Shown here one piece after another: positions 42,548 through 51,170 of a DNA stretch of 63,689 bases. A program made the translations under genes and the position numbers. The stretch is taken from NCBI GenBank assembly GCA_017511265.1, contig JAFWKV010000022.1, forward strand, positions 1-63,689. The letters run 5' to 3'. Every line of letters starts with the position of its first letter. Within the stretch, counting starts at the first letter, position 1. The stretch is from Clostridia bacterium (GTDB lineage: Bacteria > Bacillota > Clostridia > TANB77 > CAG-508). Below the pieces are notes generated by a model. The model had not been told where the DNA came from, made no database searches, and saw only the letters and a list, made by a program, of their open reading frames with translations.

Positions 42548-43491
42548 TAGAATTAAGTGCACCAATTTCTGTAGTTTGGGAAATTACAAATAATTGCAAT
42601 TATAAATGCCCTCATTGCAGAGCATATCAAGAATATAATAAAGAAAATAAGAAAATAGAAGATAGTATTATTAAGGATTTGATAGATTCCAAAGTTATGT
42701 TTGTTAACTTGTCCGGAGGTGAGCCTCTATTAAATCCAAGAATCTTTGAAATAGCAAAAAAATTATATAGTAACAATATATATATTGCATTATCAACTAA
42801 TGGATCACTTTACTCAAAATATAGAGAAAAAATTGTCAATTCGGGAATAAAACTTATACAAGTATCTTTGGATGGTAAGAAAGAATTGCATGAAAAATTT
42901 AGAGGGATAGAAGGATCATATGAAAAAGCTATAGAAGCATTAAAAATGGCTAAAGAGGATGGATTAAGAACTCAAATGAATGTTACGATTACATCAAGTA
43001 ATATTAATGATTTAAAATGGAATTATGAAAAAGCAAAAGAATTACATATTGATAAAGTATTTTATAGAAGAGTTGTACCATACGGCAAAGCTAAAATAAA
43101 TAAATATGTTTTACCTGAAAAAAGATTATACTATGATAAAATAAAAGAATTGTCTGAACTTGATTGCGAAGATTTAAATGTATCAATAGATGATCCTATC
43201 TTAAATGTCTTAAATAACAAAGAAAACATAGAGTATATTGCGTGTGGCGCAGGGATTAATAATTTAGGAATATCAAGCGAAGGAGACATATATCCTTGCA
43301 TTTTTTTAAGAGAAAGATTAGGAAATATAAAAACAGAGAAATTAAAGGATATTTGGAATAATAGTGATATTTTAAAAAAATTAAGAAATAGAGATATAGA
43401 AAAATGCGGAGAATGTGAATATAAGTATAGTTGTGGTGGTTGTCGAGCTTTTTCTGGAATTAATAAAAAAGACGAGTTTTGTCCGCTTTAA
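42544..43491 (+). CDS. radical SAM/SPASM domain protein 3
   Basis: ATGA overlap; CNYKCPHC, SGGEPL, STNG, SLDG; CGAG...GDIYPC...CGEC...CGGCRA..C. Confidence 0.95.
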   Translation: MIELSAPISVVWEITNNCNYKCPHCRAYQEYNKENKKIEDSIIKDLIDSKVMFVNLSGGEPLLNPRIFEIAKKLYSNNIYIALSTNGSLYSKYREKIVNSGIKLIQVSLDGKKELHEKFRGIEGSYEKAIEALKMAKEDGLRTQMNVTITSSNINDLKWNYEKAKELHIDKVFYRRVVPYGKAKINKYVLPEKRLYYDKIKELSELDCEDLNVSIDDPILNVLNNKENIEYIACGAGINNLGISSEGDIYPCIFLRERLGNIKTEKLKDIWNNSDILKKLRNRDIEKCGECEYKYSCGGCRAFSGINKKDEFCPL

Positions 43492-43510
43492 TTTATGGAG
43501 GTTATAGAAA

Positions 43511-44020
43511 ATGTCAATTTATCCTAAAAATATTAGTAATGGTGAAAATGTAATAATTCATTTAAGATTTTCTAATAAAAGCAAAATAATCCAAAAGATT
43601 AGATATGTACTATCTGTTATAGATCCTGATGAAAATCAAGTGTTTTTAAAGGAAGATAATTTAGTTTTGGGTGTAGAAAAAGAGGAATTTGTAAAACAAT
43701 TATATTATTCTTTAGAAATAGATGGAAATTTTAAACCAGGAAAATATATTGTACAGTTTTATCTTGTTTGTAAGGGACATATTATAGAGTCAGTTACTAA
43801 AGATAATGATTTCTTTTTTGTAGAGAAACTTGAGTACTATTACTCCAATGAAAAAACAGTTATAACAAATATTTCTAATGAAAAAATTAAATTTAAATTG
43901 CATGAAGGATTAAATATAGAAGAATTAACAATTAATGGTAAAGAAAAAATTGAATTAGAAGGAAAATATGATTATATTGAATATGCAAATAATAAAATTG
44001 ATTTAATAGAAGAAAAGTAG
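43511..44020 (+). CDS. hypothetical beta-rich protein in rSAM cluster
   Basis: GGAGG SD; alternating strand pattern, PGKYIVQ; no family recognised. Confidence 0.7.
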   Translation: MSIYPKNISNGENVIIHLRFSNKSKIIQKIRYVLSVIDPDENQVFLKEDNLVLGVEKEEFVKQLYYSLEIDGNFKPGKYIVQFYLVCKGHIIESVTKDNDFFFVEKLEYYYSNEKTVITNISNEKIKFKLHEGLNIEELTINGKEKIELEGKYDYIEYANNKIDLIEEK

Positions 44021-44059
44021 AAATTTAGTTAAATTTTAATTTTTAAGGGAGATAAAAAT

Positions 44060-44884
44060 ATGCTTATTGATTCACATATTCATCTTGGAAACAAAAAAGA
44101 ATGTGAAGAGATTATTAATAATTCAAGATATAAAAATAAATATAAAATATACTCTTGCATTAATCCTAAGACAATTGATGGAACAGATATTTTTTTAAGA
44201 GATGTTGATGGTTTTTTCGCAATTCCATTGTTTTTCTGTGAGACTGATATAGAAAAAGCAAATACAGAGTTGATTAATCGTGTAGAAAACGATTCTAGGG
44301 CAATACCTATTTTATTAATGTGTAAAAATGAAAATTTAAATAATTTAATTTTTTTATTAAATTATAATATACTTAAAGAACATTTTACATTACACAATCC
44401 TCATGATATTTCAGATAGAAATGAAACATATGATTATTTAAATAGTAAAGGTGGATTTTTATTATTACATACATTGTCAAGTAGTACATATCAACATGTT
44501 ATTACTTTGCGAAAGCAATATCCAAAAATGAAAATAATTGTTGCACATTTAGGCAGAGATGGAAAATGTGATTACGATTTTACAACTGATATGATTGATA
44601 AATTACATTCTGATGAAAATATTTATACTGATATATCAACTATTCAAAATCCTAAATTGATAAGGTATGCATTTAAAAGGTTTGGAAGTTCGAGAATTCT
44701 ATATGGATCTGATTTTCCATTTGAAAGAACTCCCGGTATAAAAGAAGAAGACTATATTCAACCTGCTATAAAAGCGAATTTAAAAGGCTATGAATATGAT
44801 GACTTATTTTATAGAAATGCAGAAGAAATTATAAGAACAGCTTATATAGAAAAAGGGAGGGATAAGGATGGAATGGAACATTGA
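44060..44884 (+). CDS. metal-dependent amidohydrolase (TIM barrel, Amidohydro_2-like)
   Basis: IDSHIH, LLH, VAHLG, YGSDFP. Confidence 0.9.
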   Translation: MLIDSHIHLGNKKECEEIINNSRYKNKYKIYSCINPKTIDGTDIFLRDVDGFFAIPLFFCETDIEKANTELINRVENDSRAIPILLMCKNENLNNLIFLLNYNILKEHFTLHNPHDISDRNETYDYLNSKGGFLLLHTLSSSTYQHVITLRKQYPKMKIIVAHLGRDGKCDYDFTTDMIDKLHSDENIYTDISTIQNPKLIRYAFKRFGSSRILYGSDFPFERTPGIKEEDYIQPAIKANLKGYEYDDLFYRNAEEIIRTAYIEKGRDKDGMEH

Positions 44885-45371
44885 AAAAAGTAAAAAGGAG
44901 GATTGTAAATTAATTGTAGAGTTTATAACAAAAGTATGGAGCGAAACTTATAGAGGCATTATAAATGATAATTTCCTTGATAGTTTAAAGCAGACAGAAG
45001 AAGATAGATATATTAATGCAATTAATAAATTTGATGAAAAAAATAATATGGAATATATAATAAAGGAAAATAATGAAATAATTGCTTTCTCAAAATTAGC
45101 TAAAACAAACGATATGCACGGAAAAAATATAGAGTTACAATCACTTTATGTTTTAAAGGAATATCAAAACAGAGGAATAGGAAAAAAATTAATACAAAAT
45201 GCTTTTAAAAAAGCAAAAAAGTTAGGATACAAAAAAATTATAGTAGGATGTTTAGAGAATAATAAATCAAATGATTTCTATAAGAAAATCAATGGAAAAT
45301 ATATTGGCAAAAGAGAATTTAAGTTGCCAAATCAAACTTTATACGAGAATGTATATGAATATAATATATAA
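44868..45371 (+). CDS. GNAT family N-acetyltransferase
   Basis: LYVLKEYQNRGIGKKLI acetyl-CoA motif, N..FYKK. Confidence 0.92.
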   Translation: MEWNIEKSKKEDCKLIVEFITKVWSETYRGIINDNFLDSLKQTEEDRYINAINKFDEKNNMEYIIKENNEIIAFSKLAKTNDMHGKNIELQSLYVLKEYQNRGIGKKLIQNAFKKAKKLGYKKIIVGCLENNKSNDFYKKINGKYIGKREFKLPNQTLYENVYEYNI

Positions 45372-45401
45372 ATATAAAAGTATTATTGGAGGAAAATTAA
45401 G

Positions 45402-46319
45402 TTGTCTAATTTATTTAGAGTTGCTTTGTTACAATTAAATAGAACAAATAATGAGCAAGATTCTTTAATAAAAGGAGTAGAGTACTGCAGAAAAGCAAAA
45501 ACATTAGGTGCTGATATTGCTGTATTTCCTGAATCATGGAATAATGGTTATGAAATGTTATTTGAAGGTTTTGCTAAGAAAAATATGAATGTTTCAAAAG
45601 ATACTTTTGATAAATGGAGAGGTAAAGCAATTGATGAAAACAGTACTTATATAAATACTTTTAGAAGTTTAGCCAAAGAATTAGATATGGCTATTGCAAT
45701 TACATTTCTGGAAAAAGGCAATTATTTACCTAAAAATAGTGTCATTATTATTGATAGGTTTGGTAATAAGGTTTTAAAATATTCTAAGGTACATACAGTT
45801 GATTTAAAAATGGAAATGTTTGTAGAGCCAGGAAAAGAATTTAAAGTTTGTGATTTGAATTATAAAAATGGTATTATTAAATTGGGCACAATGATCTGCT
45901 TTGATAGAGCTTTTCCTGAAAGTGCAAGAATTCTAATGATAAAAGGTGCTGAAATAATATTAGTTCCAAATGCTAGTGTACTAACCAAAATTAGATTAAA
46001 TCAGTTGAAAGTAAGAGCTTACGAAAATGTAACTGGAATAGTAACTGTAAATTATGCTAATTATGGTGGTAAGTCGTCTGCTTTTAGTCCTATAGTTAAA
46101 GATGATGAACTTAATGATGTTAATAGTGAATTATTGATTATGGATTATAAAGAAAAAATAGAAGTGGTTGATTTTAATATGGATGAAATAAGAGAATATA
46201 GAAGCAGAGAGCCTCTTGGTGATGCATATAGAAAACCTTATGCATATAAAGAAATATTAAGCAAAGAAGCAAAAGAACCATTTATAAGAGATGATTCAAG
46301 AAGAAATTATTTCAATTAA
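45402..46319 (+). CDS. carbon-nitrogen hydrolase (nitrilase superfamily)
   Basis: VFPE, YSKVH, ICFD catalytic Glu-Lys-Cys triad. Confidence 0.93.
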   Translation: MSNLFRVALLQLNRTNNEQDSLIKGVEYCRKAKTLGADIAVFPESWNNGYEMLFEGFAKKNMNVSKDTFDKWRGKAIDENSTYINTFRSLAKELDMAIAITFLEKGNYLPKNSVIIIDRFGNKVLKYSKVHTVDLKMEMFVEPGKEFKVCDLNYKNGIIKLGTMICFDRAFPESARILMIKGAEIILVPNASVLTKIRLNQLKVRAYENVTGIVTVNYANYGGKSSAFSPIVKDDELNDVNSELLIMDYKEKIEVVDFNMDEIREYRSREPLGDAYRKPYAYKEILSKEAKEPFIRDDSRRNYFN

Positions 46320-46320
46320 G

Positions 46321-46356
46321 TTTTAGGATATACTGTAAACAGTATATCCTAAAAAA
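46321..46356 (+). terminator. terminator ending the cargo operon
   Basis: ttttaggatatactgt-aa-acagtatatcctaaaa. Confidence 0.75.
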
Positions 46357-46675
46357 TGTACCTAATGTTAGAGAATTCTTCATCAAAATATATAATTGAT
46401 ATCCAACTATTATATTTTTATGCCAAAATCTGCCTAAATAAAAAAGTCAAGTATGCAAAATTACCTTGTGTTCTTGATTTTTTTATTATCATAAGTGATA
46501 GTGCAAAATTAAAAAATGTAAAAAAGTTTGAAACTATGAAAAAAAGTTTTTTTAAAATAAGGGGGGGACAAAATTGACTTTTGTGAGCAATTAAGTGAGG
46601 GAGATAAAATATACAATTGGATAGTAATATTTATGTAACTATAAAATATATATCAAATAGGAAGGCAGGTTTTTT

Positions 46676-46783
46676 ATGGAGAATGAATTCAAAATTAATG
46701 TGTTTTTTTGCAATGATGGTGAAAAATTAGAAAAACTATTGGCAGATTACTTGTTTTCTGTTATTAAGACAAAGATTAAATAA
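46676..46783 (+). CDS. putative 35-aa protein upstream of recombinase
   Basis: GGAAGG/AGGT SD-like then MENEFKINVFFCNDGEKLEKLLADYLFSVIKTKIK. Confidence 0.4.
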   Translation: MENEFKINVFFCNDGEKLEKLLADYLFSVIKTKIK

Positions 46784-46895
46784 TATTTATGCTTAAAAAT
46801 TTGAATTTATGATAAAACAATTGATATTTTAATAAAGAAAAGTTATAACAACATTATGAATTCAAATTATTTTTTCAAGCATGGAAGGAGGAAAA

Positions 46896-48464
46896 ATGCT
46901 TGAAGAAATTATTAGAAAAACATATAAAATAGCCATATATATAAGACTATCAAAAGAAGATGAAGATAGAGGATACGATGAAAGTGAAAGCATAACAAAC
47001 CAAAAAACATTATTATTAGAATACGTTGAAAAACTTGGACCCAATTATGAACTTGTTGATGTTTATACTGATCCAGGATATACAGGAACAAATTTTAATA
47101 GACCAGATTTTAAAAGAATGATAAATGATATTAATTTAGGAAAAGTAAATATGGTCATCACAAAGGACTTATCTCGTTTAGGACGTGATTACATAGAAAC
47201 AGGAGAATACATTGAAAAATGGTTTCCAGAAAATAATATAAGGTATGTTTCTGTAACAGATGGAATTGACACGTTTTCAGAAAATAATGGAAACAACGAT
47301 ATAGCACCTTTTAAGTCAATTCTAAATGATATGTATTCTAAAGACTTATCTAAAAAAATAAAAACTGCTTTACATACTATGCAAGCTCAAGGCAAGTGGG
47401 TAGGGGCTAAAACCCCATTAGGTTATATAAAAGATCCTAATGACAAAAATAAACTTATAATTTGTGAAGAAGAGAGCAAAATTGTAAAAATAATTTTTGA
47501 TATGGCTTATTCTGGAAAGAATATAGGTAAAATTAAAAATTATCTAAATGATAATAATGTTCCTACTGCATATCAGTTAAGATATAACAAATTTACATAT
47601 TGGAATAGTAAAACAATAAAAAGAATGTTAACTAATCCTGTATATAAAGGAGTTACAGTTCAAAACAAAATGAGTAGAATAAGCTATAAAAATAGAAAAA
47701 TTCGTCCTAATCCCGAAGAACAATGGTTTATAGTAGAAAATACACATGAGCCAATTATAGAACCTTCAAAATTTGATAGCATACAAAAAATGAGGATAGC
47801 TCAAAACTATGGTAGAGCAGAAAAGAAAAACTACTTTTTATTAGAGGGATTAATGATTTGCTATGAGTGTAAACATAAAATTGGAGTAAAAAAAGATAGA
47901 AATACTTGGGAAATGATGTGTAATAATTATCGCAGATTTTCAAAACTAAAAGTTTGTACTGCTCATGGATTTAGTTATATAAAATTTGAAGAGTTGATTC
48001 TAAGATACTTAAAGAAAATTTTTGAAAATATTGATAATGATAAAATTGAATCAAGTATTAAAAATAGCAAATCCTCAATAGATTATACTAAAATGCAAGA
48101 AAAAATAAAAAAAGATATAGTCGTGATGAATGGCAATATTGATAAAATGTATATGGATAAGCTTAATAATAAAATAACTGAAGAAATGTATGAAAGATTA
48201 TATAACAAGATACAGAGAGGTATAAAACTAAAAGAAAAAGAATATTTAGACTTAGAAAAAACAAAAAACAATTCATTAAAAGACAAAGATGAAGATATAA
48301 AAAAATTAGTTAAGGAATATCTTTCACTAGAAAAACCAAAGCCAGAACTAATGAAACTACTTATTAATAGAATTGAAATACATCAAGACAAGCAGATAGA
48401 TATATATTTTAATTTTAAAAAATTAAATGAACTTAAGGAAAATTACACTCTAAATCAGACATAA
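46896..48464 (+). CDS. large serine recombinase (resolvase + recombinase + Zn ribbon + coiled coil)
   Basis: AIYIRLS catalytic Ser, KDLSRLGRDY, GLMICYEC; stop codon abuts attR. Confidence 0.95.
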   Translation: MLEEIIRKTYKIAIYIRLSKEDEDRGYDESESITNQKTLLLEYVEKLGPNYELVDVYTDPGYTGTNFNRPDFKRMINDINLGKVNMVITKDLSRLGRDYIETGEYIEKWFPENNIRYVSVTDGIDTFSENNGNNDIAPFKSILNDMYSKDLSKKIKTALHTMQAQGKWVGAKTPLGYIKDPNDKNKLIICEEESKIVKIIFDMAYSGKNIGKIKNYLNDNNVPTAYQLRYNKFTYWNSKTIKRMLTNPVYKGVTVQNKMSRISYKNRKIRPNPEEQWFIVENTHEPIIEPSKFDSIQKMRIAQNYGRAEKKNYFLLEGLMICYECKHKIGVKKDRNTWEMMCNNYRRFSKLKVCTAHGFSYIKFEELILRYLKKIFENIDNDKIESSIKNSKSSIDYTKMQEKIKKDIVVMNGNIDKMYMDKLNNKITEEMYERLYNKIQRGIKLKEKEYLDLEKTKNNSLKDKDEDIKKLVKEYLSLEKPKPELMKLLINRIEIHQDKQIDIYFNFKKLNELKENYTLNQT

Positions 48465-48473
48465 CCAGAAGGA

Positions 48474-48875
48474 ATGGCAGTAGGTGTATGTTTTGCTGGA
48501 TTTTTATCAGGAAATACAGGAATAACATTAATGTCAGCAATGGCATTATCAATTGGAATAGGACTCCAAAATATACCAGAAGGAGCAATTATTTCTATAC
48601 CTCTAAAATTACAAGGAATGAATAAAGGAAGAGCGTTATTATATGGGATTTTGTCAGGGATAGTTGAACCAATTGCAGCATTTATTACAATATTATTGTT
48701 AAATATTGTAGTACCACTATTACCTTATTTATTATCATTTGCAGCAGGTGCAATGATTTATGTAGTAGTAGAAGAACTAGTTCCAGAAATGCACGAAAAA
48801 AACAAATCAATTTTAGGCGTAGTAGGTGTAACGATAGGATTTGTTGTTATGATGGTTATGGATATGGCACTGTAA
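48474..48875 (+). pseudogene. ZIP metal transporter, 3' part
   Basis: (PEG)MAVGV...IGLQNIPEGAII...FAAGAMIYVVVEELVPE; in frame with the 5' part after excision. Confidence 0.92.
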
Positions 48876-48916
48876 AAAAATTGTGCTGTCTTTTGCTCCG
48901 TCCCAAAAGCAGCACC

Positions 48917-50011
48917 TTACTGCTGGAATAAACTCATTAAAAACTTATTATTAAATATGCTCAAATCAATATATTTATCGATGCCACTTTTTTTTGCACC
49001 ACTTTCAGTAAATTGCCACCCAATAACTTTATCTAAATACTCGTCAGAGTAGGTAACTGTCTGAGTTTCTGACTTATTTAAGTCTGAATTAAGAACCGAA
49101 TCATTTATAGATTCTTGCAATGTTCTTATTTTGGCTTCTTCTTCCACAATAAAACTTTTGTAATCTTTACTAGGTACTTCATCATTTTCAGGGTACATAG
49201 CAGACCAAAACTTACAATTTGCACTTTTTAAATAAGTTTCAATTCGTGCACCATTTGCATATAAAATTGTGGGAATATTATTTTTATTAAATTCATCAAC
49301 TAAAGCATTAACTAAAGTAACACGAGAATCCCACATATCGTCAGTTCTTCCTTTACCGTGCTGATATTCTAAATCTAAAGCTAGAGGCAAAACATTCATA
49401 GATAAATTTTTTCCGTTTAACAATTTTTTTACATAATTTACTTCTTCTAAGACTTCATCATTATTTTTAGCTTCTTCTATATAATAAAATCCATAAGGAA
49501 TTTTTAAGTATTCACACATTTCAGCATAATCAAAAGCATATTCATCATCATACATAGTGCCTTTTTCGCCCCAACCTCTGCCACAAAGCCTAATATATGT
49601 GTAATTAATTTTATTATCTACAATGAATTTCGCAAATTCGACAAAATCTTTTAAATTTTTATTTATAATATTAAATTTTGATACATCCAAAACTAAAGAA
49701 TACTCTTCTTCTGAATTGAATTTAAAATATGTCAATTTATCTTTTTCAACATATCCTTGCTTATTATCTGCCTCTATAAAAAAGGCATCATTGTTTTTTT
49801 CAATAATAGTTATTTTACTTCCTTTAGAAAGAGAAAAATTTTCATTACTCCCTTTAATTTTAAATTCAACATTATCAGAATTTATTATTGCAGGAATTTG
49901 CAAAGAAGGAGATTTATTACTATTTGCAAAAATTATAATTAATAATATAATAAGTAAAATAGGCGATAAAATTAAAATCCATTTTTTATTATTCATATTT
50001 TCATTATTCAT
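48917..50011 (-). CDS. membrane-anchored GH25 lysozyme-like protein (possible SH3 domain)
   Basis: LDVSKF, YIR..GRG, LDLE, WQFT, DLS motifs; N-terminal TM. Confidence 0.8.
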   Translation of the reverse strand: MNNENMNNKKWILILSPILLIILLIIIFANSNKSPSLQIPAIINSDNVEFKIKGSNENFSLSKGSKITIIEKNNDAFFIEADNKQGYVEKDKLTYFKFNSEEEYSLVLDVSKFNIINKNLKDFVEFAKFIVDNKINYTYIRLCGRGWGEKGTMYDDEYAFDYAEMCEYLKIPYGFYYIEEAKNNDEVLEEVNYVKKLLNGKNLSMNVLPLALDLEYQHGKGRTDDMWDSRVTLVNALVDEFNKNNIPTILYANGARIETYLKSANCKFWSAMYPENDEVPSKDYKSFIVEEEAKIRTLQESINDSVLNSDLNKSETQTVTYSDEYLDKVIGWQFTESGAKKSGIDKYIDLSIFNNKFLMSLFQQ

Positions 50012-50199
50012 AATTAACCTCTTTTCGACTTAATTTTACAACAGAGGACACAGATAATCAAGAAAAAAGATTATATATTATAAATAAAAAACTTTATTGG
50101 AATTTTTATAAAAAGTAAGAAGCAGATGAAAAAAATTCTATTGACAACAAAATAAAATAAATGTAAAATTATATTAAACAGAAGAAAAGGAGCGAAAAG

Positions 50200-51015
50200 A
50201 TGAAAAATGAAAAAGGATCAATAACATTGTTTACATTAATAGCAATGATATTTTTATTAACAATAGCATTTACTGCATACACGTCAGCAATGATAAAACT
50301 ACAAGCACAAAATGAAGACTTAGATAGAATAAAAGCAAGTTACCAACAGGACTTAACACAAGAAGGATTAACAACCTTATATGAAGAAGCTACTATGAAT
50401 AAACCATATACAGTAACTTTTGATGCAAATGGCGGCAATGTTGGATTGGCAAGTAAAGAAGTAAAATATGGCAGAGATTATGGAAATTTACCAATGCCAA
50501 CAAGAGAAGGTTATAAATTCTTGGGATGGAATGGAAAAAATCTTTTAAATTTAGAAAATGTATCAGATATTATGCATACAACTATTAATTACAATAAAGT
50601 TATTTTTGATAGTTACTCAGAAAATGGCAATATTAGTACTGACATTCAACTACAAAAATGGAACGGAAGCACATATTTAGGTTATATTAATTATAATAAT
50701 TCTACTTCAGGGAAAAACAGCTTTTCATTTACTAAAGATTCTAGTTTTAATATACTTAGATTTAAATTGAATGGAACGAAAAATGATGCTAGTTTCAAGT
50801 TTCAACCTATGCTTGAAGATGGAAAAACATATAACTTTTCATATAATATAGAATCTGCAAATTATCAATTATGTAAGGCAACTATTAATAATATTCAACT
50901 TGAAGAAGGAGACACAGCCACAGAATATGAGCCATACTATGTTACCTCTGACACAAAAGTAACTCAAAAGAATGACCATACACTAAAAGCGATATGGGAA
51001 GAAATAAAACCATAA
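50200..51015 (+). CDS. pilin-like leader + InlB B-repeat/flg_new-type surface protein
   Basis: MKNEKG-SITLFTLIAM hydrophobic helix; YTVTFDANGG...YGNLPMPTREGYKFLGW...TLKAIW repeat split by a beta insert. Confidence 0.6.
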   Translation: MKNEKGSITLFTLIAMIFLLTIAFTAYTSAMIKLQAQNEDLDRIKASYQQDLTQEGLTTLYEEATMNKPYTVTFDANGGNVGLASKEVKYGRDYGNLPMPTREGYKFLGWNGKNLLNLENVSDIMHTTINYNKVIFDSYSENGNISTDIQLQKWNGSTYLGYINYNNSTSGKNSFSFTKDSSFNILRFKLNGTKNDASFKFQPMLEDGKTYNFSYNIESANYQLCKATINNIQLEEGDTATEYEPYYVTSDTKVTQKNDHTLKAIWEEIKP

Positions 51016-51031
51016 CCCTAAAACTAATCAA

Positions 51032-51062
51032 AAAAGGTTTGAATTTATTCAAACCTTTTTTC
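51032..51062 (+). terminator. rho-independent terminator
   Basis: aaaaaggtttgaa-ttta-ttcaaacctttttt. Confidence 0.8.
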
Positions 51063-51170
51063 TTTTAAATATTCATTAATAAAATATCCACTACTAAACA
51101 ATAAAAAATGTTGAAAAAAAGAAAAATATGTTATAGAATTGTATAGTAAAATAAAAAAAGGGGAAAATCT

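Larger units (their letters stand above)
39110..48475. mobile_element. about 9.4 kb site-specifically integrated element (large serine recombinase) carrying a radical-SAM RiPP-like cluster
   Basis: Direct repeat CCAGAAGGAAT at 39110-39120 and 48465-48475; recombinase at right end; inverted arms TTAGAGTG (39129) / CACTCTAA (48446); removal restores the ZIP ORF in frame. Confidence 0.92.

Noticed and set aside
46356-46577. 73-aa ORF after the cargo terminator
   Set aside because: No SD, begins at the terminator, no recognisable features.
39110-48475. Prophage or conjugative ICE
   Set aside because: No structural, replication, relaxase or T4SS genes; only a serine recombinase plus cargo.
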